A stretch of 64,000 bases of DNA, from IMG/VR virus record IMGVR_UViG_3300029913_000001. The stretch is one strand, 5' to 3'. The notes beneath the pieces are model-generated. The model searched no databases. It was given only the letters and a program-made list of their open reading frames with translations, and was not told the DNA's origin. This document shows positions 1-9,073 of this stretch, piece by piece. Positions within the stretch are counted from its first letter, which is position 1. Each line of letters opens with the position of its first letter. This DNA comes from a virus. Its lineage: Duplodnaviria; Caudoviricetes. The translations under genes and the position numbers were made by a program.

Positions 1-1687
1 TCATGGCGGCAACAATTTCATTATTATATTTCATCACGAATGCGCTATTTCCACTAACCCACCCCTGGAGATGATTATTATCAAGGAACTCCTTTAAATC
101 AATGTTATCAATTTTTTCAATACTGCATTTTCTTGCATAAATTCTGGTCCCATAACCCAATGAATTTTTAATAATCGATTTGCAAATGTCCGGTTTTTTG
201 CACCATTCATCTTCGAAAATTGAAAGCAGTTGAATATTCTGTTCGGCACATTTCTTGAATTTATCGTAATGGTATGAGTGTGATTTATTGCCGGCATATT
301 CACTATGCCAATAATTCCCGTTAAATTCAATTGCAAAATTTTTCGAAGGAATTAAAATATCTATTTCTTTCGGAGCGCATATTGTCCGATCGTGCATCTT
401 AATTTCTGCTTCAATAAATGTAGAAAGCCAATTATTAATTTCGTGCTCATAGCAACTTGATTTCGAAGAAATATAATTTAAACCGTATTTATTGTGTGTT
501 ACATATATAGTTGTTTCGGATACTCCCAATTTATTAATAATTTCTGGAAGACTATAAATTTTGAATAAATCCGAGAATTTTTCTTTATCATTTAAAATTT
601 CTAAGGCATACGCAGAGTAATGTTTTTGCAGTGCAAAAGGAACACCATATTTTCGAAGCATCGTATCTTTCATCTTTTGCCGAACAGTAGCAGAAGACGC
701 GGGCGATATTCCCCCATATTTTTCTACATTGGTTGCGTGAATTCGATTTTGAATTTCTATCGATAATAAAGGATTATCCACGCCATATTTTTCGAGATTT
801 GTTTTCTTACTTTTATCTCGAAATTCTTTTACTTGGCCAACATTTTCAACACCGTATTTTTTAATATTAGTTTCTTTTGTTTTATTTTTTATTTCTTCCG
901 ATTGAGCTGCATATTCTTCGCCGTATTTTTCGAAATTTGTTTCTTTAATTTTTTCTTTTATTTCCGTTGATTTAAACGGGTTATCCACGCCATATCTTTC
1001 TATATTTGTTTTCTTAATTTTATTAAGTATTTGTGGTGATTGTGTAGGATATTCTACTCCAAAACGAAATAAATTAGTATCACAAATTTTTTTCTTAATT
1101 TCCGGCCGTTGTGTAGGAAATTCAAACCCAAATTTTTCAAGATTTGACTGGCGAACCATATTCCGGTATTCTTCATTCTGCATCGGATGCTCGACGCCGA
1201 ATCTTTCTAAATTGGTTTCTTTAATTTTATCTTTAATGGCCGAGGCTTGCGTGATAAATTCAACGCCATATTTTTCGAGATTTGTTTCTTTAATTTTTTC
1301 TTTTATTTCCGCTGATTTAAACGGATTATCCACTCCGTATCTTTGAATAGTAGTTCGGCGCCTCTTCTCGGTTGTGCTAGATAGTTTGCTAGGATGTGCA
1401 ACTCCATATTTTTTCAAGTTAGTTTCTGTTTTACTTGCCTGAGCGGCTCTACAGCCCTTATCACAAAAGAATATATGATTCCACCCAGAAATATAACGAT
1501 GCTTACCGGAGCCGCAAGGGCAAAGAATTTGTTCTTTAGTAATTGCAGTATAAATTTTTTCTTTATTTGTTATAGCATTTTCATCACAATTAAGCAACAC
1601 CCATTCCCATGCAGCTACATTTTTAGAAATCAATGCAACCGCATGGTTAGCATGTTGTTTAATTGTTTGTATTATCCACGATTTCAT
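1..1687 (-). CDS. Putative homing endonuclease (PD-(D/E)xK/Hef-like, YGVxNP repeats), 3'-truncated by the window edge; absent from the ORF track
   Basis: Hand translation from ATG 1687 (overlaps uvsX end, GAGGGA upstream) stays open to base 2: MKSWIIQTIKQ...CPCGSGK...about 12 x 23-aa TNLEKYGVDNP-type repeats...EIDILIPSKNFAIEFNGNYWHSE...ARKC...HLQG. Paralog of 33841..35589. Confidence 0.85.
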   Translation of the reverse strand, partial: MKSWIIQTIKQHANHAVALISKNVAAWEWVLLNCDENAITNKEKIYTAITKEQILCPCGSGKHRYISGWNHIFFCDKGCRAAQASKTETNLKKYGVAHPSKLSSTTEKRRRTTIQRYGVDNPFKSAEIKEKIKETNLEKYGVEFITQASAIKDKIKETNLERFGVEHPMQNEEYRNMVRQSNLEKFGFEFPTQRPEIKKKICDTNLFRFGVEYPTQSPQILNKIKKTNIERYGVDNPFKSTEIKEKIKETNFEKYGEEYAAQSEEIKNKTKETNIKKYGVENVGQVKEFRDKSKKTNLEKYGVDNPLLSIEIQNRIHATNVEKYGGISPASSATVRQKMKDTMLRKYGVPFALQKHYSAYALEILNDKEKFSDLFKIYSLPEIINKLGVSETTIYVTHNKYGLNYISSKSSCYEHEINNWLSTFIEAEIKMHDRTICAPKEIDILIPSKNFAIEFNGNYWHSEYAGNKSHSYHYDKFKKCAEQNIQLLSIFEDEWCKKPDICKSIIKNSLGYGTRIYARKCSIEKIDNIDLKEFLDNNHLQGWVSGNSAFVMKYNNEIVAAM

Positions 1688-2738
1688 TATCTTCGGTTCC
1701 CTCTAATAATAGGTTAGTAGTACGATCAGAATCGAATTCTTTCATAATGAGATCCAAAATACCATCCGAGTTAGTTAGATATTCCTTACGCCAATGCTTA
1801 TGTTCAATGCCAGATAAATCGGCATACACATATCTATTTCCTTCCTTAGCAATCAACTTTTGCTTTTCAAATAAATCAAACAATCCCGAATAGGGATCTA
1901 TTCCAGTTGTCCAAGGGATTACCACTTCTACGGCTTCGAACGGCTTATTATAACGAGTTTTCAAAATTTTACATTTTGATCGAATACCCAATACGTCGGA
2001 CCCTTTTACACCGTCTTCATTTTCTTTTAATTTAAGAGGATTCATTGAAACAACAATACTTGCGGCGAAAAGGGGGCCGCTTCCGCCGGAAATAATATCG
2101 TCTGTATATTTATCTTGCGAAGAATAAGTATGATTGGTTGCTATCATGCCAATTTCTAAATCCCCGAACATGTTAACACAATTAATAATAAGTGCCTTTA
2201 ACTGTTTTGCCTTAATACCCATATCGCCTTTTAACTCGCCAGCGGCAAACTGGTCAATCATTGTAGGTGTTAAAAGCATACCAAGACTGTCGATAACGAA
2301 CAATACTTTTGGACGATCCTCAATTGGAATATCCCGATATTGCTGAACAAAATCATTAATCATTTTGGCAACATCATTAATCATTGCCATGTTAAGTTTT
2401 AATAGTTTCTCGTCACTGGTATCTACACCAATAGCTTGTAGCCACGCCTCATCGAGCGCATTTTCCGAATCTACTAAAATTACATAAATTCCTTGGGCCT
2501 GCGCATTTTTAATGATACTTCCGGATGCTACTAAAGATTTTCCCGCACCCGGTGAACCAGCCAAAATAGAAACCTTACCTAAAGGTACCCCGGCAGTAAA
2601 ACTTCCGGAAATTAAATAATTAAGACAATAGTTACCGGTTGAAATCCAAGTTTTTGGATCGCGAAATCCTACAGACATTCCAGGAATTGATTTAGTGATT
2701 CCACGTCTAAATTTTGCTACATCGAAAGGCTTACCCAT
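1659..2738 (-). CDS. uvsX: UvsX/RecA-like recombinase
   Basis: Walker A GSPGAGKS, Walker B VIDSLG, TGNY motif; adjacent to gp32. Confidence 0.95.
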   Translation of the reverse strand: MGKPFDVAKFRRGITKSIPGMSVGFRDPKTWISTGNYCLNYLISGSFTAGVPLGKVSILAGSPGAGKSLVASGSIIKNAQAQGIYVILVDSENALDEAWLQAIGVDTSDEKLLKLNMAMINDVAKMINDFVQQYRDIPIEDRPKVLFVIDSLGMLLTPTMIDQFAAGELKGDMGIKAKQLKALIINCVNMFGDLEIGMIATNHTYSSQDKYTDDIISGGSGPLFAASIVVSMNPLKLKENEDGVKGSDVLGIRSKCKILKTRYNKPFEAVEVVIPWTTGIDPYSGLFDLFEKQKLIAKEGNRYVYADLSGIEHKHWRKEYLTNSDGILDLIMKEFDSDRTTNLLLEGTEDNEIVDNTNN

Positions 2739-2774
2739 AAGTAATACTCCTTTTATTTTAAATTGTTAATGGGG

Positions 2775-2802
2775 ATGAGGCCAAGTATTAAACTGGCCTC
2801 AT
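2775..2802 (-). terminator. Hairpin downstream of gene 32
   Basis: ATGAGGCCA-agtattaaac-TGGCCTCAT inverted repeat in the intergenic gap. Confidence 0.45.
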
Positions 2803-2816
2803 GTTAGAAAGGATTA

Positions 2817-3800
2817 TTACTTTGCCTGGCCGCGAGCCTTAATCTTTGCTAAAATATCTTCAGCAGATGGACGATTGCTAGCCGGAGCAGGAACCGTTTT
2901 AACCGGTGAAGAACTTGTCGCTTCTTCGTGTGTTACTTCTGAAACCTTGGCAGCAGGAAGCTGCTCGGTAAGAGAAGTAGATACGGTTGACTCGTCGCCC
3001 TTATCAAACTTCATGCCTGATGGACGATAAAACTTACCCCAACGTTCAGGATCATATTCTTCTCCATCAACTGATGCTTCGAACATCTCAACAATAACCT
3101 TAAGGTCAATGTCGGTGGGCTTCTTGCCAAGTAACTCAGACAAGTTACTCAACTTATATTGCTCAATTGCATCTAATTCAGTCTGTGTAAGTGCAGATTC
3201 ACGTCGTGCATAAGAACTTGTACCATAATCTGCATATTGGCTCTTTTGCGTCTTAGCGATACGGAAATCAGTTCCCTTTTCATAATCACTGGGAATATTT
3301 TCCATATCGACATCCCTAAGGCCAGCCTTTACTAAATTGATAAGTTGCTTGTTAAGTGAAAACTTACGGATTGGATTCTCCGGAGCCTTATCATCTGGAA
3401 CGGCATTCTCTCGAACAAATCCCTGCATAAGATAAGATGGCTTCTTCCAATACTTATTGGCTGTTTCCTTCATGCTAGGATCCTTATACCATGCTCGAAC
3501 TTGGGCTAGTATAGGGCAGCCTTGCGGATATTCGGACTTCGGGAACATTTCAACGCAAGGTACACTTACTGTAACTGGCTTTGAATCTCCACCTTTAATA
3601 CCCAAAAATGGGAGCTTAATCTGAAGTTTTTCTACCCAAAAGAAGGGATTAGTGGTATCACCATCAGGAAGAAATCGTACGGTTGAGGTGCTATCAGGTT
3701 TTCCATTCCAAAACGGAAAAAATGCATTATCACTTGTAAATGTTTTGGTTTTTTCAGCGGCTGCTAGACGAGCCCTGATTTCAGCGAGTGCGTTACCCAT
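2817..3800 (-). CDS. gp32: Single-stranded DNA-binding protein, T4 gp32-like
   Basis: VRFLPDGD, CPIL, YWKK motifs; located next to uvsX. Confidence 0.9.
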   Translation of the reverse strand: MGNALAEIRARLAAAEKTKTFTSDNAFFPFWNGKPDSTSTVRFLPDGDTTNPFFWVEKLQIKLPFLGIKGGDSKPVTVSVPCVEMFPKSEYPQGCPILAQVRAWYKDPSMKETANKYWKKPSYLMQGFVRENAVPDDKAPENPIRKFSLNKQLINLVKAGLRDVDMENIPSDYEKGTDFRIAKTQKSQYADYGTSSYARRESALTQTELDAIEQYKLSNLSELLGKKPTDIDLKVIVEMFEASVDGEEYDPERWGKFYRPSGMKFDKGDESTVSTSLTEQLPAAKVSEVTHEEATSSSPVKTVPAPASNRPSAEDILAKIKARGQAK

Positions 3801-3816
3801 GTTAGTTCTCCTTGTA

Positions 3817-3863
3817 TTCCATGTTTAATATTACAGTTCCATGTTTAATAGTACAGTTACCAT
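3817..3863 (-). repeat. 20-bp tandem repeat (about 2.3 copies) in the gene 32 leader
   Basis: ttccatgtttaatattacag / ttccatgtttaatagtacag / ttaccat, directly upstream of the AGGAG Shine-Dalgarno. Confidence 0.9.
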
Positions 3864-3917
3864 TTGTGTTACTCTTTATATGATACACAACTATTTATCA
3901 TAAAGCAAGAAAAATCT

Positions 3918-4136
3918 TCAATTATTATTTTTATTATTAATAACATCTTGTATCAGAGCATCTATATGATTCATTGCTTTTTCTTTATTAGGATATGAGG
4001 CATGCCGCATATAATGATCTAAATAGTTTATTTTCTTCTGGAGTGAGGCTCTATTTTTTACGACCTCGGTTATCATTTGTTGTAATCGAGGCCGCATTGT
4101 TTTCCAATATTGTTGAACATCGTCAGCGAGTTCCAT
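3918..4136 (-). CDS. Hypothetical protein (72 aa)
   Basis: ATG at 4136 overlaps the upstream stop; fills the gap to the gene 32 promoter. Confidence 0.55.
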   Translation of the reverse strand: MELADDVQQYWKTMRPRLQQMITEVVKNRASLQKKINYLDHYMRHASYPNKEKAMNHIDALIQDVINNKNNN

Positions 4137-5544
4137 GTGCCGAGCCCGAAAGTCGTACGATATCTCGCATTTCACTTTCAACTAAATTTTCATCATCTAA
4201 TTCTTCTGATTTTGATAACAATGAAAAAGGACTCGCTTCACCATTAGTTGTCTTTAATTTATCTAATTCTTTTTTACTGTGAAATTCCTTAACTCTTTTT
4301 AAATCCGGCGTGGTAAACGGACTAGCACAGCCAGCCGCGGCTGGCTCATCTGCTTCTGTTAAGGTCATTGCTTTTAAAATCTCTTTTTTCTTTTCATGCA
4401 CTAAATTTGAAGTGGCACGGCCAGTTCGCAGTCGCTGCAACTCTGTATATAACTTTGGCTGTTTTACCTGAATAATCGCCTGCTCTAAGTTAGGGAAAAT
4501 TTTATTTGATTCGGCCCATTTAATCAATTTACTATGAAAAGGAACAGATTCCGCGATCTGTTTATTATTTGCCCATTGCTCAAACTCGCCTTCTTCCGGG
4601 AGTTTAGATTTATTATGATAAGCTCTCATAACATACGGCAGCGCAGATTTATTTTTGTCGTCTAACTCTTCACCAAAAAAATCTGTATCAGTATCATCGT
4701 CAAAATCTACAGATGCAGACTCGAGTTCTGGTGTAATCTTTGTATATCCACCTTGCGAGCTAAGTCTGCCCAACTGATGCTTAATTTCTGTGCATCGTTC
4801 TTTTGCAGAATTAAGAGCATTAATTGCTTCCGGCGTGTCAATTCTTGAACTCATATGTCGTACAAAAGAAGCTAATGCGGCCATTTCCGCTACCATATGA
4901 CAAATATTGGATCCAATCGTATCATACGGTGTGCCACCATTAAAAATATGCCGAGCCATTGCTCTTGCAGCCATTAAGCTCTTAAAAGGTAGCAAAAATT
5001 TTTCACCGGCTGCACTCGAAAGATAAATTTTCTGGATTTTACGTGAACGACTATTCTTAACCTTTGGATCAACTCTATCGGTATGCTTAATAATAATCTG
5101 CATATTTTCTAATGGTTGTTTGCTAGTTCTAACCGTGCCATCGATTGGTCCAAATGTGCTCTCAAACATTGGCGCTATATCTCTTCGAGTAATAGTTGAC
5201 TTATTAATATTTCTAACATCAAATCCTAGCATGTGCATTTTTGCAAATAATCGAATCTCACCAAGAAATTTCATCCATTCCTTCTGGGTTTCTGATTCAA
5301 CATTTGCAAGTTCGTCGCCAAAATAAATTTTGATAGAATTAGCACTATCTTGATCTTCTAAGAGCGAAATTACCACACATCCAACATCCTCTCCGTGCTT
5401 ATCTACATAATCAAAGGTAAAACACATCATCTTTGATGGATCTAAAGTAGATACACCATTCTCATCTACACTTTCTCCTAGCTCAAATCGCGACTTTAAA
5501 AAGTCATACAAATTGGTTGATACATTATCTATAACTTTTGGCAT
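4123..5544 (-). CDS. Probable virion/head-associated protein
   Basis: 473-aa ORF with its own TATAAATA promoter and Shine-Dalgarno; several hydrophobic-x-E-S sites; C-terminal MRDIVRLSG. Confidence 0.6.
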   Translation of the reverse strand: MPKVIDNVSTNLYDFLKSRFELGESVDENGVSTLDPSKMMCFTFDYVDKHGEDVGCVVISLLEDQDSANSIKIYFGDELANVESETQKEWMKFLGEIRLFAKMHMLGFDVRNINKSTITRRDIAPMFESTFGPIDGTVRTSKQPLENMQIIIKHTDRVDPKVKNSRSRKIQKIYLSSAAGEKFLLPFKSLMAARAMARHIFNGGTPYDTIGSNICHMVAEMAALASFVRHMSSRIDTPEAINALNSAKERCTEIKHQLGRLSSQGGYTKITPELESASVDFDDDTDTDFFGEELDDKNKSALPYVMRAYHNKSKLPEEGEFEQWANNKQIAESVPFHSKLIKWAESNKIFPNLEQAIIQVKQPKLYTELQRLRTGRATSNLVHEKKKEILKAMTLTEADEPAAAGCASPFTTPDLKRVKEFHSKKELDKLKTTNGEASPFSLLSKSEELDDENLVESEMRDIVRLSGSAHGTR

Positions 5545-5559
5545 GGTAACCCTCTGTTA

Positions 5560-5567
5560 TATTTATA
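5560..5567 (-). promoter_or_regulatory. T4-type late promoter TATAAATA
   Basis: Exact T4 gp55 late consensus upstream of 5544. Confidence 0.75.
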
Positions 5568-5576
5568 CGAAAACTA

Positions 5577-7253
5577 TTAATATAGATCAACAAAAAATGG
5601 TAGAGGCATTTCAATCTCTCTAAGATCATCATCCAATCCAGGAATATAATTTTTTATAGAATCTAACATACGAACAATAGTCAACATTGCGGTAACTAAA
5701 TCATCTGTTTCGCCTATTTTTGCCTCATATGAATTACCCATACTAATAAATGTTTTTAGTTCTGAAAGCAATTTTTTACTTTTTACCGTTAATTTATCTG
5801 ATTCGATTAGTTGTTTTAATTTTGAGCAAGCTGTTCTTTTACTTGAGCCGGTTGTACAGAATCCTTTCCTAAATTTTGCTGCTTGCCCCAATTTCATTGG
5901 CTCGGATAAAAATATGCCTGGAATATTTTCCTCTCCAATATCACGGATAGTCACTAATGTCGCTTCACCCACAGAATTATTTTCAACAGAATAAAATACA
6001 TTATTAATTCCAGCTATCTCGGTGAGATAGGTTGTAATTTCTGTCAAAATTTTTACTTGGCCTTCAATGGGAGTTTTATTATGACACCATTCTCCGCATT
6101 GTATCTTTGAAATTGCATCTAATATTTGAATAGCCGCCGGATCTCCTCCAGTGCCAAAACTCGGATCCAATGCAACAAGATATGTTCTATTTTTTTCTGG
6201 AGTCGTATACCATCTAATTTGCCCCATATGTTCGATTGGATCTACACCAGTCAATTCACTTAATTTAATTGGTGAAACTAGTGTTTCTTCATAGGTAACG
6301 AAGCGGCACAGAATTTCGCGTTCAAATCGTTCATTGCCGATTTTCTCTCGCCACATTGCTGCCCAGGCATCATCCCTCTCAGGATGCTCATACCAATATG
6401 CCCTGAATGCTTTGAATCCATTTATTCCTACTCCATTAGGTAAAGTATTACCCAATTCATCTTCAGTTTTATTTGCCGCATTCCATGTTTCCGCAAATAA
6501 ATCATCAGAGTTATTCGGTGTTGAAGTAATAATAGCCTTACCACCAGTAGCCGCTAAGGTAAGACTGCAAGATGTCCACATTTCTCTAGCAACTTGCTGT
6601 CTTTTAACAAACGCGAGCTCATCAAGGTATAAGATGTTTATGCTCATACCTCGACCAGTTGTTTCAGTTGTTGTTTGTGAAGCAATTTTTGAGCCATTAT
6701 CAAATACAATACTCTGCTTATTATATTCCGTTATTCCGGCACGTATAAAATCGGGCATATTTTCATATCCAAATTTTATACGTGACATAATTTCTGAAGC
6801 GCCGGTAAATTTATGGGCTGCAATAAGAATTGTCTGGTCACTTATAAACATTGCGCACCACAATAAATATCCAGCAGCAGTGACTGTATTATGACTAAGA
6901 ATATCGTTGGAATAAAATCTATGATTTTGACTATCCACAGTAATATCAAACATATTTTCGGATTCATTGCATGAAAATATGTTTTTAGTTTTTTGCAGGC
7001 CAAATTTTGTTTGAATTAATTGATTATTTTGTATATCTTTTAAAAATATTTCATTCATATTTTCATCGAAAACAATATGTGTATCGGCAGCATCCAATGC
7101 GGTATTTTCTAATTCAAGATGCCATTTTTCATAAGGAACAGTTTTATTAATAACAGATATAGGTTCCCACCCGGAATCCGTTTCAATCTCCCATTCATCG
7201 GATTCGATGGTATCAACGAATTTTCGTTCTATTTGTTCAGAAAAGTTAGACAT
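5577..7253 (-). CDS. terL: Terminase large subunit, C-terminal part, preceded by a 122-aa split-intein C fragment (6888..7253)
   Basis: Intein features: block B DTH, block F MFDITV, terminal SHN followed by Thr. Then Walker B YLDELAF and nuclease motifs ALDPSFG and DDLV. Confidence 0.95.
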   Translation of the reverse strand: MSNFSEQIERKFVDTIESDEWEIETDSGWEPISVINKTVPYEKWHLELENTALDAADTHIVFDENMNEIFLKDIQNNQLIQTKFGLQKTKNIFSCNESENMFDITVDSQNHRFYSNDILSHNTVTAAGYLLWCAMFISDQTILIAAHKFTGASEIMSRIKFGYENMPDFIRAGITEYNKQSIVFDNGSKIASQTTTETTGRGMSINILYLDELAFVKRQQVAREMWTSCSLTLAATGGKAIITSTPNNSDDLFAETWNAANKTEDELGNTLPNGVGINGFKAFRAYWYEHPERDDAWAAMWREKIGNERFEREILCRFVTYEETLVSPIKLSELTGVDPIEHMGQIRWYTTPEKNRTYLVALDPSFGTGGDPAAIQILDAISKIQCGEWCHNKTPIEGQVKILTEITTYLTEIAGINNVFYSVENNSVGEATLVTIRDIGEENIPGIFLSEPMKLGQAAKFRKGFCTTGSSKRTACSKLKQLIESDKLTVKSKKLLSELKTFISMGNSYEAKIGETDDLVTAMLTIVRMLDSIKNYIPGLDDDLREIEMPLPFFVDLY

Positions 7254-7609
7254 TGTCGAAGCACCATATCTTTATTAGTTTTAAAATCATGTTCGGCTAC
7301 ATGTAACACTTCAAATCCCATATCGTTAATTGCTCTATCCCGAGCTAATTCTCTAATAACACTTGTTTTTGCATCAGAATGCCAATAAGAATCATCATAT
7401 TCTATTTTTCTAGAAAAATATTGGTCATCATTATACGCCTTACTACAAGATATATTACAAAATCGTTTAATAATCCTACCTTCAATTTCTTTATTACAAT
7501 ATTCGCAATTCTTTTTATATTTTCTTTGTGAGTGTTCTTTCCCCAGGCTGTCTATACTCACTGATATCTGGTAAGTCTGTTCCGGCCCGCTTTGCAAATT
7601 CATATTCAT
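7229..7609 (-). CDS. Free-standing Vsr/DUF559-like endonuclease between the terL halves, probably degenerate
   Basis: AGGAG Shine-Dalgarno and ATG inside the IntN coding region; CxxC..FCxxxC; IEYDDSYWHS and RD....MGFEVLHVAE motifs; only 126 aa. Confidence 0.7.
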   Translation of the reverse strand: MNMNLQSGPEQTYQISVSIDSLGKEHSQRKYKKNCEYCNKEIEGRIIKRFCNISCSKAYNDDQYFSRKIEYDDSYWHSDAKTSVIRELARDRAINDMGFEVLHVAEHDFKTNKDMVLRQCLTFLNK

Positions 7610-7937
7610 AAAATACTCCTATAGGAATAATATATACTTCTTTCTTTTTATTCCTTATAGTTACATTTATGCTAGCCGTCAAACATTTGCCTGATTGCCG
7701 AGGAAGTAACGAAATCGACCACCTGTTATTGTGGTATACATCAATTAACTTGTCTTGATAAGAATATGGTTTATATTTAATTTTTCCTTTGCACTGAACA
7801 TAAAAATAATTAGACAAAAAATAATGTGGGCCCGTTACAGGATCTGCGCATTTTGCAAATTCTTGCAGTTGCTCGGGAGTATAAGACATTTTTTGATGAG
7901 GTTTTTTAATTACAGCGGATTCCAAATAACTACTCAT
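7515..7937 (-). CDS. terL: Terminase large subunit N-terminal part (84 aa) fused to a 56-aa split-intein N fragment (7518..7685)
   Basis: YSYQ Q-motif, LLPRQSGK then CLTASINV (intein block A starting with Cys1), then stop. Confidence 0.92.
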   Translation of the reverse strand: MSSYLESAVIKKPHQKMSYTPEQLQEFAKCADPVTGPHYFLSNYFYVQCKGKIKYKPYSYQDKLIDVYHNNRWSISLLPRQSGKCLTASINVTIRNKKKEVYIIPIGVFYEYEFAKRAGTDLPDISEYRQPGERTLTKKI

Positions 7938-9073
7938 TTTATACCTGCTATTACTTTAGCTTCTTCGCATGGATTATCTATATGGGCAATAATACTAGGG
8001 CTGGCCGTCACAGCAGCTATTTGTACTTCTTTCGACGGATGGTTAATATAACGAATTACGTCTGGATGGGTTTCTACTGCCATTAATTTTACCTTTTCCG
8101 AGGCTACACCTTGTTGAAGCAGTTGTAAAATAATTTCAGGCTGTCGGCTAACCGCGATTAACTGTAATTTTTCCGACGGGTTTTTAATCATCATAATTGT
8201 AAACGCATCGTATTTAATAGCGAATTCTTTTATTTCTTCTGAAGGATTTTCCATATATCTTAAAACATAGGGATTTAAACGCAGTGCAATAAATTTCATT
8301 TCATCTGTCGGATTATTATAAAATCTATATGCGGCCGGATATGTTTTAATTGCCAACTTTATCATTAAATCGGACGGATTTTTAACGTGCTCTATATAAT
8401 CTCCGTGAGTCGTTAATCGAGTTAATATAATCGCATCTACTGGCATTAACTTTTTAAATACTTCTAAAAATAGTGAACTATCGGCATATATCGCAATATA
8501 TGTTCCTCGAATATAAACCTCGTTGCCATTAAGAAGTGCGCGTTCTAGTTCAGAGCTATTTTTAAAATCATATGTTTCTACAAAGGCATAGGCATTAAGA
8601 GTTTGTAAATCGGTTGCAAATCTAGAATTCGAGTAATCATATAGACCTAAATCCGACGTAAGATCTTGCGCGATCGGAGTCCACGTATATTTAAACCCGT
8701 CTAATGGAAAGATTACATATTTACGTCCATAAGAGTTAGCTCTATCTTCTGCCGAGGTGACAAATAAACTATTTCCTCGTCGTGCCAAAAATCCCGCGGC
8801 TTTTAACTTTTTATCGAGGGCGTGATGTATTGCTGGGAAGGTATCTTTTGGCATTCTATCCATGCGTGGCTTGCCAATAAAAATTTCTTTATTAACATCA
8901 TCACGTAGACCTTGACCGCGATATAAAATTCGATGGGTGTCGTTATACATTGATAAAATAATTTTACATTTACGTTGAATAAACTCAGCGATTTCCGTGG
9001 CTCTATTTTTATCTACGTAGGTCGTTTGGCCAGATATTATTCGCCCGGGTTTAAAAATTTCATTAATTAGCAC
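7934..9073 (-). CDS. ADP-ribosyltransferase-like domain plus NPSE-type helical repeats; MLINEI leader
   Basis: YRG...RRGNSLFVTS...YG..YVIFP...EVY; C-terminal about 22-aa repeats. Confidence 0.55.
   Translation of the reverse strand: MLINEIFKPGRIISGQTTYVDKNRATEIAEFIQRKCKIILSMYNDTHRILYRGQGLRDDVNKEIFIGKPRMDRMPKDTFPAIHHALDKKLKAAGFLARRGNSLFVTSAEDRANSYGRKYVIFPLDGFKYTWTPIAQDLTSDLGLYDYSNSRFATDLQTLNAYAFVETYDFKNSSELERALLNGNEVYIRGTYIAIYADSSLFLEVFKKLMPVDAIILTRLTTHGDYIEHVKNPSDLMIKLAIKTYPAAYRFYNNPTDEMKFIALRLNPYVLRYMENPSEEIKEFAIKYDAFTIMMIKNPSEKLQLIAVSRQPEIILQLLQQGVASEKVKLMAVETHPDVIRYINHPSKEVQIAAVTASPSIIAHIDNPCEEAKVIAGIK

Noticed and set aside
337-1393. Apparent 1-kb non-coding repeat region in the ORF track
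   Set aside because: It is the repeat domain of a - strand ORF that runs off the window start.
6334-6894. Antisense ORFs over terL, and similar ones over uvsX, the 18135 tube-like gene, gp22, the AAA ATPase and queE
   Set aside because: They lie opposite well-supported genes and have no recognisable motifs or start signals.
7229-7685. Group I intron, or a frameshifted canonical intein, in terL
   Set aside because: Both flanks carry intein motifs (Cys1, DTH, HN-Thr), and block B lies downstream of the endonuclease ORF, which does not fit canonical intein domain order. No intron core was recognised.
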